A DNA stretch of 61,721 nucleotides, counting the filler. It is 4 parts of 4 records of this genome, joined end to end, with 100 filler letters (N's around TTAATTAATTAA, not from the genome) between each part and the next. Parts side by side here need not be neighbours in the genome. Positions count along the whole stretch, not along the records: positions 47,289 to 55,264 come from DRR723986_11978; positions 55,365 to 61,721 come from DRR723986_12501; 2 more parts are not named here. One strand, written 5' to 3'. The notes under the pieces were generated by a model. It searched no databases, was not told where the DNA came from, and saw only the letters and a program-made list of their open reading frames with translations. The position numbers and the translations under genes were made by a program. Positions within the stretch are counted from its first letter, which is position 1, and each line of letters opens with the position of its first letter. Of the stretch, positions 49,632 to 59,909 are shown one piece after another.

Positions 49632-50333
49632 TCAGTCGCGCGGCGGTGTGACCAATCCGGTTTGCACCGCTGGACGCGCCTCAAACCGTTTGAGGTAATC
49701 AACCAGATTGCCGTGCTCTTCCCAGCCGATGGCCTCTTTCGCGCCGTAGAAATCCAGCGCCCGAAGCCATGGTGCAATGGCGATATCGGCGATTGAAAAT
49801 TCTGATCCGGCGATCCATTCCTTGCCAGCCAGCTCAAGGTTCAGCACGTTCAAGAGACGCTTGCCCTCGTTCAGGTAACGTTCCATTGGGCGTTTGTCTT
49901 CCCATTCGGAACCGGCGAATTTGTAGAAGAACCCAAGCTGTCCAAGCATGGGGCCAAGGCCGCCCATCTGGAACATCACCCATTGGATGATCTGCGCCCG
50001 CTCAGCCGCGTTATTGCCCAGCAGTTTGCCGGATTTCTCGGCCAGATAGATCAAAATCGCCCCGGATTCGAACAGGCCAATCGGCGCGCCATCCGGGCCA
50101 TTGGGATCAATAATCGCGGGGATTTTGTTGTTGGGGTTCAGCGACAGAAATTCCGGGCTTTTGACATCTGCGTCCGCCAAAGTGACCAGATGCGCCTCAT
50201 AAGGGATGCCCATTTCTTCAAGCGCGATGGAGGCTTTGACGCCGTTTGGTGTAGGGAAGGAATAAAGCTGGAGCACATCGGGGTTCTGCGCAGGCCATTT
50301 CTTGGTGATTGGGAAGGCGGAGAGATCGGTCAT
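49632..50333 (-). CDS. Glutathione S-transferase (YfcG/Ure2-like)
   Basis: TPNG.K, NPNNKIPAI, FESGAILIYLAEK, SIADIA. Confidence 0.92.
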   Translation of the reverse strand: MTDLSAFPITKKWPAQNPDVLQLYSFPTPNGVKASIALEEMGIPYEAHLVTLADADVKSPEFLSLNPNNKIPAIIDPNGPDGAPIGLFESGAILIYLAEKSGKLLGNNAAERAQIIQWVMFQMGGLGPMLGQLGFFYKFAGSEWEDKRPMERYLNEGKRLLNVLNLELAGKEWIAGSEFSIADIAIAPWLRALDFYGAKEAIGWEEHGNLVDYLKRFEARPAVQTGLVTPPRD

Positions 50334-50480
50334 GTTGGGTTCCTTTTTTGGTATGGGTAAGAGGTAGGGGTTTTTCCCCGCAAATACAGAGTTTGGTCTG
50401 TGCGCGTTTGTGTTAACAATTGTGCAGCGGCGAACCGTTTGGTGCGAATATCAAGCCGCATATACAAAAAGGGACGGAAA

Positions 50481-50915
50481 ATGCTTCAAGAATTCAAAGA
50501 CTTCATTGCCAAAGGCAATGTTATGGACATGGCGGTTGGTATCATCATCGGTGCCGCCTTTACCGCGATTGTCAAATCCTTGGTCAGTGATCTGATCAAC
50601 CCGATCATCGGTTTGTTCACCGGCGGTGTCGATTTCACCAACAAATACGCTGTGCTGGCGGGCGAAGTTGCTCAAGGCGCATCGCTTGAGGCCGCACGAG
50701 AAGCGGGCGCGTCAGTGTTTGCTTATGGTTCCTTCATCATGGCCGTGATCAATTTCCTGATCATCGCTTATGTGGTGTTCCTGTTGGTCAAATCCGTGAA
50801 CAAGGTCAAAGAGGCAGCAGAAAAGCCCGAAGAGGTTGCGCCCGAGGTGCCGACAGGCCCATCCGAGCTGGATGTCTTGCTTGAGATCCGGGATTCCCTG
50901 GCCAAAGCCAAGTAA
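50481..50915 (+). CDS. mscL: Large-conductance mechanosensitive channel
   Basis: [27 protein letters not shown]. Confidence 0.96.
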   Translation: MLQEFKDFIAKGNVMDMAVGIIIGAAFTAIVKSLVSDLINPIIGLFTGGVDFTNKYAVLAGEVAQGASLEAAREAGASVFAYGSFIMAVINFLIIAYVVFLLVKSVNKVKEAAEKPEEVAPEVPTGPSELDVLLEIRDSLAKAK

Positions 50916-50937
50916 TCAACCTGTCCAACCTAAACAG

Positions 50938-50966
50938 AAAGGCCCGCCGTTTGGTGGGCCTTTTTT
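50938..50966 (+). terminator. Rho-independent terminator
   Basis: AAAGGCCCGCC-GTTT-GGTGGGCC-TTTTTT. Confidence 0.85.
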
Positions 50967-50985
50967 GTTGGTATGGGTCCTGACT

Positions 50986-51267
50986 CTAGAGCAGGAAAAT
51001 ATTGGATTCGCCTGCATTCTGGCGCATCGCCCGCACATCAGCGATCTTGGGGTCAGTGTTCCAGGCTTCGGCGGCTTCGCGGCTGGGGAAAGTCAGCAGC
51101 ACGATAATCTGCGGCACCGGGCCATCGCCCTCAATCTGTTTGGGGGCGGGGCTGACATGCAGGGCAGTGACCCCATGTTTTTCCATGGCGGGGCCAGCGG
51201 CCTCGCGGTAGCGGGCCATCATATCGGGGTCGGTGACGTTCAGGGTGACAACGGCGTAGGCGGTCAT
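50986..51267 (-). CDS. DUF1330 family protein
   Basis: MTAYAVV..VTDP..Y, EGD, FPSREAA.AW; AGGAG RBS. Confidence 0.85.
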   Translation of the reverse strand: MTAYAVVTLNVTDPDMMARYREAAGPAMEKHGVTALHVSPAPKQIEGDGPVPQIIVLLTFPSREAAEAWNTDPKIADVRAMRQNAGESNIFLL

Positions 51268-51368
51268 GATCTTTCTCCTTTGTTGATGGCTGGAAAATAG
51301 GCGTTGCATGGGTGTGCGAAAACCGCGCAAGGTTGCAGAACAGATGTGCAATAATAATCGGATTGCCC

Positions 51369-52250
51369 ATGCCCCTTGATTGGAATGATCTTAGGTTTGT
51401 GCTTGAAACCGTGCGTCAAGGCGGGATCAGCGGCGCAGCGCGGGCGTTGCGGGTCAACCATGCGACTGTTGCACGGCGGATCACCGCGGCGGAGACGGCG
51501 ATGGGCACGCGTCTGTTTGACCGTCATGCCAGTGGCTATCGCCCGACCGAGGCGGGATTGGAAGCGGCCCGCAGTGCCGAGCAAATGGAAGCGGCCAGTC
51601 ATGATCTGGGCCGCAGGATCGGTGCCAAGGATCAGGCGCTCAGTGGATCATTGACCATCACCGCGCCGCAGCTGTTGTTTGAGCGGGCGCTTGCCCCGAT
51701 CCTGCGCCAGTTTGCAGATCGGTATCCGGCGATTGAACTCAAGGTGCTGGCGGCAAACCGCGAATTGAACCTGTCGCGGATGGAGGCAGACGTCGCTTTT
51801 CGCATCTCTGACAAGCCGGGCGATACGCTTGTGGGCCGCCGGGTGACGGCGCAGAACGCGACGGTTTATGTCGGCAAGGCGCAGGCGGCGCGGCTCCGCA
51901 ATGATCCGGCCTTGCCGCTGGATTGGGTGCGGTTTGCCCATTGGCCGGGACCACCCGAGGTGATCAAACAGAACTGGCCGAACCGGCGGGTGCGCATGAC
52001 GGTTGATGATATGTACGCGGCGATTGCAGCGGTGCGCGAGAATATCGGGGCGACGCGGATGCCCTGTTTTCTGGGCGATCCTGATCCCCTGATGGAGCGG
52101 CTGCCAAATGTGCCCTTGCTGCCCTATCGCCCGCTTTGGGTGCTGGCGCATCCTGACTTGGCAAAATCAGCGAAAGTGTCCGCCTTTACCGATTTTGCTG
52201 CACGTGAGTTTGCGGCGCTGCGCCCCCTGTTCGAGGGCGCAGCAGCCTGA
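51369..52250 (+). CDS. LysR family transcriptional regulator
   Basis: DWNDLR, AARALRVNHATVARRI, LFDR; divergent from the DUF1330 gene. Confidence 0.92.
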   Translation: MPLDWNDLRFVLETVRQGGISGAARALRVNHATVARRITAAETAMGTRLFDRHASGYRPTEAGLEAARSAEQMEAASHDLGRRIGAKDQALSGSLTITAPQLLFERALAPILRQFADRYPAIELKVLAANRELNLSRMEADVAFRISDKPGDTLVGRRVTAQNATVYVGKAQAARLRNDPALPLDWVRFAHWPGPPEVIKQNWPNRRVRMTVDDMYAAIAAVRENIGATRMPCFLGDPDPLMERLPNVPLLPYRPLWVLAHPDLAKSAKVSAFTDFAAREFAALRPLFEGAAA

Positions 52251-53369
52251 TCAGCTGGCGATGGCTTGATCGGCTGTAATGCAATCCATGCCAAGCGCCT
52301 CACCCACGGCGGCATAGGTCAATTGGCCGGCATGCACGTTCAGCCCTGCCTTGAGATGCGGATCATCTGTGCAGGCCTGACGCCAGCCCTTGTTGGCAAG
52401 GTTCAGCATGAAAGGCATCGTGGCATTGCCAAGGGCAATGGTCGATGTACGCGCCACCGCGCCGGGCATGTTGGCCACGCAGTAGTGCATGATGCCGTCA
52501 ACGTCGTAGACGGGATCTTGGTGCGTTGTGGCTTTCGAGGTTTCAAAACAACCACCTTGGTCAATGGCAACATCAACAAGCGCCGCACCGGGCTTGAGCT
52601 CGGACAATTGTGCGCGGCTGATCAGCTTGGGCGCGGCTGCGCCGGGGATCAGCACCGCACCGATGATCATATCGGCCTCGCGGGCCAGTTCGATGGTGTT
52701 CTGCGCCGAGGCATAGGATGTCTTGAAGGTACCGCCATAGACATCATCGAGATATCGCAGCCGTGGCAGGGACCGGTCAAGGACGGTCACATCGGCGCCC
52801 ATGCCAGCCGCAATGCGGGCCGCGTGGGTGCCGACGACACCGCCGCCGATGACCATGACCCGCGCCGGGCCAACACCGGGCACGCCGCCCATCAAGACCC
52901 CACGACCGCCATTGGCCTTTTGCAGTGTCCATGCGCCCACCTGTGGCGCAAGGCGCCCGGCAACCTCTGACATCGGGGCCAGCAGGGGCAGGCCGCCATT
53001 ACAGTCAGTCACGGTCTCATAAGCGATGGCCGTGCAGCCGGAGGCCAGCAGATCTTTGGTTTGCTCTGGATCGGGGGCGAGGTGCAGATAGGTAAACAGC
53101 AGCTGGCCTTCGCGCAGCATCTTGCGCTCCGCGGCCTGCGGTTCCTTGACCTTAACGATCATGTCTGCTTGGGCAAAAACCTCTTCCGCTGTGGCGATGA
53201 TTTTGGCGCCTGCGGCCTCATAAGCGGCATCGTCAAAGCCGGCGCCGATGCCTGCGCCGGATTGCACGATCACGTCGTGGCCGTTGTTCACGGCTTCCAG
53301 GGCCGCGCTTGGCGTCAGGCCGACGCGGAATTCCTGGGGTTTGATCTCTGTTGGGCAGCCGATTTTCAT
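52251..53369 (-). CDS. ald: Alanine dehydrogenase
   Basis: EIKPQEFRV, KVKEP, YLHLA, PMSEVAG, VDVAIDQGG, YCVANMPGAV. Confidence 0.96.
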   Translation of the reverse strand: MKIGCPTEIKPQEFRVGLTPSAALEAVNNGHDVIVQSGAGIGAGFDDAAYEAAGAKIIATAEEVFAQADMIVKVKEPQAAERKMLREGQLLFTYLHLAPDPEQTKDLLASGCTAIAYETVTDCNGGLPLLAPMSEVAGRLAPQVGAWTLQKANGGRGVLMGGVPGVGPARVMVIGGGVVGTHAARIAAGMGADVTVLDRSLPRLRYLDDVYGGTFKTSYASAQNTIELAREADMIIGAVLIPGAAAPKLISRAQLSELKPGAALVDVAIDQGGCFETSKATTHQDPVYDVDGIMHYCVANMPGAVARTSTIALGNATMPFMLNLANKGWRQACTDDPHLKAGLNVHAGQLTYAAVGEALGMDCITADQAIAS

Positions 53370-53508
53370 GGTGATGACCTTTTGTTTGTAAATTGCCTGA
53401 AATTTAGGCGATCTGCCGTGCAAAGAGGCACGAATAACCATGGCCAGAATGGTGTGAGATGGGATAGTGTTGCGCGAATTGCCATGCATACGCGAAAGTT
53501 TTGCGCAA

Positions 53509-53967
53509 ATGAGCCTTGATGAGATTGATCGACGTATCCTAAAGGCGCTTCAGCGCAATGGACGGATGTCCAACGCAGAGCTGTCCGAAGACGTGCATCT
53601 GTCCCCCTCTGCCTGCCACCGCCGGGTGCAGCGGATGGAGAAGGAGGGATATATCCGTGATTATGTCGCCTTACTGGACCCACGTAAACTGGGCGTGCCG
53701 ACAACCGTCTTTGTCGAAATTACTCTGCGCGGGCAGGCGGATGAGATTTTGGACGCTTTTGAGAAATCCGTGGCCCGTATTCCCGATGTTCTGGAATGCC
53801 ATTTGATGGCGGGGTCGGCGGATTACCTGCTTAAGGTTGTTGCAGAGAACACAGAGGATTTTGCCCGCATCCACAGGCAATATCTGGCCCGGCTGCCCGG
53901 TGTCGGGCAAATGCAATCAAGCTTTGCCTTGAGGACGGTCTGTAAAACCACCGCTTTGCCTGTCTGA
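53509..53967 (+). CDS. Lrp/AsnC regulator (AldR-like)
   Basis: LDEIDRRIL..LQ.NGR, LSPSACHRRV, ECHLMAG..DYLL; divergent from ald. Confidence 0.9.
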   Translation: MSLDEIDRRILKALQRNGRMSNAELSEDVHLSPSACHRRVQRMEKEGYIRDYVALLDPRKLGVPTTVFVEITLRGQADEILDAFEKSVARIPDVLECHLMAGSADYLLKVVAENTEDFARIHRQYLARLPGVGQMQSSFALRTVCKTTALPV

Positions 53968-54110
53968 CCGCCTGCCCCTGGGTCTCCGCTTATTTCGGTA
54001 GCCAAGAGGTTTGGAGGGCAGTAAAGACGTTTTTGGACGTACCATGCTGACCCGCTGAACATGTCATGCGCCAAGCCGGCTGTCCGCTCCGGGTAACAAG
54101 GACAGTGCGA

Positions 54111-55073
54111 ATGCCCCTGAACTTCGAAGCAATATTAATGGATGCGCCCGTACCAATGATGGTGTTGGACCGGCAGTTGAAATTTGTCATGGCCAACGAT
54201 GCCTATCTTGCGATGGTGTCAAAGGTTAAGGATGAATTGATCGGCCGATACGTTTTTGACGTCTTTCCCGAAGAGCCTGACCGCGTTGAAGCGATGGTTG
54301 AGATCTTCCAGAAAGTCTTTGAAGGCGAGCGGCCCGTGTTCAAGGAAATCCCCTTCACGCTTGAGGTGGATGGCAAGCAGGTCGAGCATTGGTGGACGGC
54401 CTCTCACGCGCCTGTGCCGGGGGCGGATGGGTCCGTCAAATATCTTGTCCAATACAGCGAGAACGTCACCGAGCAGGTGCAATTGCGTGCGTTAAAAGAC
54501 GCGATGCTGGGAGAAATGCAGCACCGCATTGGCAATTTCTTTGCCGTGGTGGGCGCGATCGGGCGGCAGGTGGCCCGCAGTGCGGCGGATGTGCCTGACT
54601 TTATGGACAGCTTCAACAGCCGGCTTGAATCGTTCTTTACCATCCAAAAACAGTTGATGCCCGGTAGCGATCAACGGGATGGCCTGCACTCGGTGATCGA
54701 CGAACAGCTTAAGGTTTATGCGGCTTCGGCACATGACCGGATTGCCAAATCCGGGCCGGACGTGCCGCTCTCGCCGGTCGAGGCGCAGGCGGTTTCGATG
54801 GCAGTGCATGAATTGAGCACCAATTCGCTGAAATACGGCGCGATCCGCAATCCCGATGGCAAGTTGGACATTTCATGGGTGGTGGACGGCCGGGATACTG
54901 TCACCCTCACATGGCAGGAGACCGGGGTCAGCGGCACGGATGGTGCAGAGCAAACCGGCTATGGCACGATGCTATTGACGACGATCCTGCCGCGGCAATT
55001 GCATGGCGTGGGCACCCGGCATTTTGACGGTGATACATTTCGGTACGAGCTGACGATCAACCGGCCTGATTGA
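54111..55073 (+). CDS. PAS-domain HWE histidine kinase
   Basis: PAS (ANDAY..LIGR.VFDVFP); E..HR..N, HEL.TN..KYG, W.E.G. Confidence 0.85.
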   Translation: MPLNFEAILMDAPVPMMVLDRQLKFVMANDAYLAMVSKVKDELIGRYVFDVFPEEPDRVEAMVEIFQKVFEGERPVFKEIPFTLEVDGKQVEHWWTASHAPVPGADGSVKYLVQYSENVTEQVQLRALKDAMLGEMQHRIGNFFAVVGAIGRQVARSAADVPDFMDSFNSRLESFFTIQKQLMPGSDQRDGLHSVIDEQLKVYAASAHDRIAKSGPDVPLSPVEAQAVSMAVHELSTNSLKYGAIRNPDGKLDISWVVDGRDTVTLTWQETGVSGTDGAEQTGYGTMLLTTILPRQLHGVGTRHFDGDTFRYELTINRPD

Positions 55074-55096
55074 TGCAAACATCTGCCTAGGCGGCC

Positions 55097-55133
55097 AAAG
55101 AAAAACCCCCGCAACCACAAGGGCGCGGGGGTT
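55097..55133 (-). terminator. Rho-independent terminator after rpsU
   Basis: AACCCCCGC/GCGGGGGTT stem followed by a U tract on the minus strand. Confidence 0.75.
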
Positions 55134-55161
55134 CTAATTCTCAGCCAATGCTGAGGATGAC

Positions 55162-55263
55162 TTACATCATCCCTTCGCGTTGTGCTTTTTTGCGTGCCAG
55201 TTTACGGGCACGGCGGATCGCTTCAGCTTTCTCGCGCGCTTTTTTCTCGGACGGCTTCTCGAA
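55162..55263 (-). CDS. rpsU: 30S ribosomal protein S21, 3' part (absent from the ORF track)
   Basis: [33 protein letters not shown]. Confidence 0.93.
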   Translation of the reverse strand, partial: FEKPSEKKAREKAEAIRRARKLARKKAQREGMM

Positions 55264-55264
55264 A

Positions 55265-55364
55265 NNNNNNNNNNNNNNNNNNNNNNNNNNNNNNNNNNNN
55301 NNNNNNNNTTAATTAATTAANNNNNNNNNNNNNNNNNNNNNNNNNNNNNNNNNNNNNNNNNNNN
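55265..55364. other. Artificial contig linker
   Basis: N44-TTAATTAATTAA-N44. Confidence 0.98.
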
Positions 55365-55365
55365 G

Positions 55366-56052
55366 CGCATGTATGTGCGGTGGGCCGAGAAAAAAGGGTA
55401 CAAGGTCGAACTGCAATCCGAGAGCGCGGGCGAAGAAGCTGGGATCAAATCCGCAGCGTACAAGATCACGGGTCACAACGCTTATGGGTGGCTCAAATCC
55501 GAATCTGGTGTGCACCGTCTTGTGCGGATTTCACCTTTTGATTCAGCGGCCAAGCGGCATACGTCGTTTAGCTCGGTCTGGGTCTATCCCGTTGTGGACG
55601 ACAATATCGAAATTGACGTGAACCCCGCTGATATTCGCATCGATACCTATCGCTCGTCTGGTGCAGGTGGTCAGCACGTGAACACAACTGACTCAGCGGT
55701 GCGGATTACGCACCACCCCACAGGGATCGTGGTGACAAGCTCTGAAAAATCCCAACACCAGAACCGCGACATTGCGATGAAGGCGTTGAAATCGCGCTTG
55801 TACCAGATGGAACTTGACCGTCGAAATGCGGCGATCAACGAAGCCCATGAAAGCAAGGGCGACGCGGGGTGGGGCAATCAGATCCGGTCGTATGTCTTGC
55901 AGCCTTATCAGATGGTGAAGGACCTGCGCACCAGTCACGAGACATCCGACACCAAGGGTGTTTTGGACGGTGATCTGGACGGGTTCATGGCGGCAACGCT
56001 GGCGTTGGATGTGGCCGGCAAGAGCCGCGCCGAGGCGCAGGGCGAAGGCTAA
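55366..56052 (+). CDS. prfB: Peptide chain release factor 2, 5'-truncated
   Basis: [11 protein letters not shown] (SPF), [22 protein letters not shown]. Confidence 0.96.
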   Translation, partial: RMYVRWAEKKGYKVELQSESAGEEAGIKSAAYKITGHNAYGWLKSESGVHRLVRISPFDSAAKRHTSFSSVWVYPVVDDNIEIDVNPADIRIDTYRSSGAGGQHVNTTDSAVRITHHPTGIVVTSSEKSQHQNRDIAMKALKSRLYQMELDRRNAAINEAHESKGDAGWGNQIRSYVLQPYQMVKDLRTSHETSDTKGVLDGDLDGFMAATLALDVAGKSRAEAQGEG

Positions 56053-56191
56053 ACCCCTCGCATTACAATATTCAGACGGTGGGCCGTGCATAGGAAACTG
56101 TGTGCGGCCTAAACATGTATTGAAACAGTGGGTTTAAAAGGAACAGTGGCCCCGCTAGGCTGAGGAAAATCACCCACAGGCGGATCTTTAC

Positions 56192-57589
56192 ATGGACCTT
56201 ACTCAAGCCACTGCCGTTCAAATTCTAGGCGACCTTTCTGCTGGGCGCACAAGCGCGGTCGAGGTTATGAGCGCCACGCTGGAGCGTATTGCCAAGGTAA
56301 ACGGGGATGTGAATGCAATCGTCGCGCTGCGTGACGGTGAGACGCTGATGGCCGAGGCGCGTGCGGCAGATGCCAATCCGCACCGGGGCCCCCTGCATGG
56401 GTTGCCCATTGCTGTAAAAGATCTGGTCAATGTCAAAGGGATTGCATCAACGCAAGGGTCGCCGTTGTTCAAGGATTTTGTTCCTGCACAAGACGACATG
56501 ATTGCAGCGCGGATGCGCGCAGCCGGTGCGATCTTAATCGGTAAGACGAACACACCGGAGTTCGGTCTAGGGTCCCATACCTTCAACCCTGTCTACGGCG
56601 CCACGCGAAATGCCTATGACGCGCGGTTTAGCTGTGGGGGATCCTCGGGCGGGGCGGCGGTCGCCTTGGCAACTGGTATGGTCGCCTTAGCCGATGGGTC
56701 CGATATGATGGGGTCGCTGCGCAATCCGGCGGCGTGGAACAATGTGTATGGGTTTCGACCAACATGGGGGCGTGTCCCATCTGAACCCAATGGAGACACT
56801 TTTCTGCATCAATTAGCAACGCTGGGTCCGATGGCGCGCACGCCACAGGATTTGGGACTGCTGCTTGATGTGATCTCGGCCCAGGATCCGCGCCAGCCAC
56901 ATTCCGCTGTGTCAGCGCCTGTTTCTCCGGTCACGCCCCGTGCAACAAAAGGTCTGAAGATTGGGTGGCTTGGGGATTGGGGCGGCGCGTTCCCGATGGA
57001 CGACGGGATACTTGAGCTGTGCGAGAGCGGTTTGCAGGTGTTTGAAGCGCTTGGGTGTCATGTGGAATCTGTCGCGCCTCCCTTTTCAGCAGAGCGGATT
57101 TGGGACAGCTGGATCACGCTGCGGTCTTGGGCCGTTGCCGCCGGGTTGGGGCCGCTCGCTGACAAGCGAGAGCATCTGAAAGACACCGCGATTTGGGAGC
57201 TCGATAGGGGGCTGGCGATGTCAGCCATGGACGTTCATTGTGCAAGTGTTGCCCGGTCCGAATGGTACAAAATAGCGGCGATTTTGTACGAAACTTATGA
57301 TGCGTTGATCTTACCCGCAGCGCAGGTTTGGCCGTTTGATGTGAACTTGGCGTACCCAAAGTCAATCTCGGGTCAGGAAATGGACACCTATCACCGCTGG
57401 ATGCAAGCCGTTGTGCCTGCGGGTCTACTTGGGTTGCCATGCCTTGCCGCACCCGTTGGGTTTGGTGCGCAAGGGTTGCCAATGGGCATCCAGATTATCG
57501 GACGGCGTGGCAGTGACGCCGACTTGCTGAACCTTGGGGCAGCGTATCATGCCGCGACAGAGTGGCCACAGAAAAGAAGGCCCGCATAA
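56192..57589 (+). CDS. Amidase signature family protein
   Basis: GLPIAVKD, GKTNTPEFG, GGSSGG, GSDMMGSLRNPA. Confidence 0.92.
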   Translation: MDLTQATAVQILGDLSAGRTSAVEVMSATLERIAKVNGDVNAIVALRDGETLMAEARAADANPHRGPLHGLPIAVKDLVNVKGIASTQGSPLFKDFVPAQDDMIAARMRAAGAILIGKTNTPEFGLGSHTFNPVYGATRNAYDARFSCGGSSGGAAVALATGMVALADGSDMMGSLRNPAAWNNVYGFRPTWGRVPSEPNGDTFLHQLATLGPMARTPQDLGLLLDVISAQDPRQPHSAVSAPVSPVTPRATKGLKIGWLGDWGGAFPMDDGILELCESGLQVFEALGCHVESVAPPFSAERIWDSWITLRSWAVAAGLGPLADKREHLKDTAIWELDRGLAMSAMDVHCASVARSEWYKIAAILYETYDALILPAAQVWPFDVNLAYPKSISGQEMDTYHRWMQAVVPAGLLGLPCLAAPVGFGAQGLPMGIQIIGRRGSDADLLNLGAAYHAATEWPQKRRPA

Positions 57590-57619
57590 CGGGTACAGAT
57601 TTAGGGAGATAGGAAAAGC

Positions 57620-58399
57620 ATGGAAAAGCCGTTTGGCGTTCCTTCGATGGGGCCAGTTACATCAGCGATGTTACGGACCGCGCTTGGAAAAGGGTGGAGA
57701 GATTTTAGACGGGCGCCGTTGATTGGGTTTCTGTTCGCGGGGATTTATGTGATTGGCGGCTGGTTGATGGCATGGATCACATTGGAAACCGGAACCACAT
57801 TTTGGTTGGTTCTTGCAGCAATTGGCTTTCCTCTGATCGGTCCTTTTGCGGCTGTTGGCCTATATGAGACGTCACATCGGTTAGAGCTTGGCGAACCCTT
57901 GGATCTGGGGGCCATTTTCGGCGTCGTGATCCATCAGAGCCGCAGGCAATTGCCATCGATTTGTGCGATTATCGTGGTCGTTTTCCTGTTCTGGTTTTTT
58001 CTAGGTCACATGATTTTTGCCCTGTTCTTGGGTCTCTCTACGATGACGAATGTCTCGTCCTCGCTTGATGTGTTTTTGACGATGAATGGCATGATGATGC
58101 TGGCCGTCGGCACAGTGGTCGGCGCATTATTTGCGTTTTTGCTGTATGCGATAACGGTTCTATCCATCCCGATGTTGCTAGATCGGGAGCTGGATTTCGT
58201 CACGGCGATGATTTCAAGCTACGCCTATGTCACCGTGAACCCAGTTATCATGCTGTTCTGGGCGGGGTGCATCGCGGTGATCACGTTTGTTGCCATGATC
58301 CCGATGTTTTTGGGGCTGTTTGTTGTTCTACCTTGGTTCGGCCATGCCAGCTGGCATCTTTACCGGGAAATCACAAAGGCGGAACCGCGGGGTGAATGA
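57620..58399 (+). CDS. DUF2189 family membrane protein
   Basis: [32 protein letters not shown]. Confidence 0.85.
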   Translation: MEKPFGVPSMGPVTSAMLRTALGKGWRDFRRAPLIGFLFAGIYVIGGWLMAWITLETGTTFWLVLAAIGFPLIGPFAAVGLYETSHRLELGEPLDLGAIFGVVIHQSRRQLPSICAIIVVVFLFWFFLGHMIFALFLGLSTMTNVSSSLDVFLTMNGMMMLAVGTVVGALFAFLLYAITVLSIPMLLDRELDFVTAMISSYAYVTVNPVIMLFWAGCIAVITFVAMIPMFLGLFVVLPWFGHASWHLYREITKAEPRGE

Positions 58400-58430
58400 A
58401 TAAGCCGACTGTGGCGTCGGCTCATTCATT

Positions 58431-58646
58431 CTATGCCTCGTCACAGCCCAAGGCGACCAATTGTAGATGGATGTCATGCGCGGCGTGCAGGCCTGATTCC
58501 AACGCAAAAACATAGGCATGTGTGAGAAAGAACGCACGTGCGGTTGGATCTGAAGTTTCGTCTGCAGCTTGCCGATAGAGGGCGACCAGAGTGATCTGGT
58601 CGCCCGTTTCATGTGCCTTAAGCAGCGCAGTTTCTAACGTGTTCAT
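58431..58646 (-). CDS. Small hypothetical protein coupled to the Rieske gene
   Basis: LL.AH..GD..LV.LY..AAD, FFLTHAYVFALE.G; ATGA overlap with the upstream stop. Confidence 0.7.
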   Translation of the reverse strand: MNTLETALLKAHETGDQITLVALYRQAADETSDPTARAFFLTHAYVFALESGLHAAHDIHLQLVALGCDEA

Positions 58647-59800
58647 TCCGCAGCGAGTTTGGTGCGATGCGTATCTAGGCGACCTGCGACCCAGTCATGG
58701 AACAAATGCGTGGGGCCATCCATTGCTGGTGAAAACCGCCCGCCATCAAAGCCAGGTGCTGCGCGTCCACTTTGCATGCCTTCGACGACAAAGATGTCCT
58801 CTTCAAACACACCTTTCCATTGTTCGGTGTTTGTTGCACGCAAGGCATCGTCTGTTTCTGGTGTCGCATAGAACAGGTGAACTTTTTCCGTTGTGCGATC
58901 GACCGCTTCGGGCACAAGGATGATTGCAAAGGCATGATCACGCTGTGCGCCGAGCAACACGTTTGGAAAGGCTGCTATGTATTCAGCAGCTGTATCCCAT
59001 TTTGGATCTAGCCCCTCAAAATCAGAGAATACTGCACCATCTTCACCGGTCAATTGGCGATACACATAGGTGCCCTGACCTGAGTACGCGCTTGGTTCTT
59101 CGATGTGATAGTGATCCTCGAGACGAGAATAGCTATTTAGACCGGGATGGACCCAGGGCAGGTGGTAGCTTTCACAGTAGTTTTCGACGGCCAGTTTCCA
59201 GTTGCAGTTTACCGTCAGGTCAAAGGCACTGTCTGCGCCGCCATGATAGAGAGGTTTTTCGAATTCCGCCCATCTTTCCAACAACGGCGCTTGGGCTTCT
59301 TCAAAACTGGGCGCTGTGCCTGAGATATTGATCCACACGACTTCGCGCCAGATATGGCTGCGGACTTCGATCAGGCCAAGGTCGTTTCGTTCGATACTGT
59401 CGTGTTTGTTTTGGCCCGGGCCACCGACATGTGGCGTGGTGACCAGTCGCCCTTCGGTCGAGTAACACCAGCTGTGATAAGGGCAGCGAATGACACCTTC
59501 GATTTTGCGTGGGGCATCCACCAGGATCATTCCACGGTGGCGGCAAATGTTCTGGTAAACGCGAACTTGGTTCGATTTGTCACGGATCAACAGCAGCGGG
59601 ATGCCGAGAAAGGTCAGCGGTACGGCATCGCCGATCTCGGGAACGTCAGCTGTGACAGCCAAGCCAGCCCACCCGTCAATCAGCAAAGCCTGATTTTCTT
59701 CGGCAAAGGTATTTGCGTCTGTGTAGTGCGCATTTGGCAGACCGTTGGCGCGATCAATTGGTTGGCGAACGTCGTTCAACGTCGTATGGGCTGTGGTCAT
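58643..59800 (-). CDS. Rieske oxygenase alpha subunit (choline/betaine-type subfamily likely)
   Basis: CRHRG..CPYHSW Rieske motif; NWKL.VENYCESYHLPWVHP; FEED...VEGMQ. Confidence 0.9.
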   Translation of the reverse strand: MTTAHTTLNDVRQPIDRANGLPNAHYTDANTFAEENQALLIDGWAGLAVTADVPEIGDAVPLTFLGIPLLLIRDKSNQVRVYQNICRHRGMILVDAPRKIEGVIRCPYHSWCYSTEGRLVTTPHVGGPGQNKHDSIERNDLGLIEVRSHIWREVVWINISGTAPSFEEAQAPLLERWAEFEKPLYHGGADSAFDLTVNCNWKLAVENYCESYHLPWVHPGLNSYSRLEDHYHIEEPSAYSGQGTYVYRQLTGEDGAVFSDFEGLDPKWDTAAEYIAAFPNVLLGAQRDHAFAIILVPEAVDRTTEKVHLFYATPETDDALRATNTEQWKGVFEEDIFVVEGMQSGRAAPGFDGGRFSPAMDGPTHLFHDWVAGRLDTHRTKLAAE

Positions 59801-59909
59801 GGCGTCCTCCTGAAGCTTGGAAAGCGATGCCATGATCCTGATTGGGGCGCCTCTCTGAGAGCGACCTACGTGAACAACTTACGACATGTTGTTGCAGATT
59901 TTTTAGCGG

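Noticed and set aside
55366..55400. prfB programmed +1 frameshift
   Set aside because: The 5' part of the gene is outside the contig, so this cannot be assessed.
59801..59905. Glycine riboswitch upstream of the Rieske gene
   Set aside because: Only CTCTCAG matches. The GGAGAG and CCGAAG core elements are missing.
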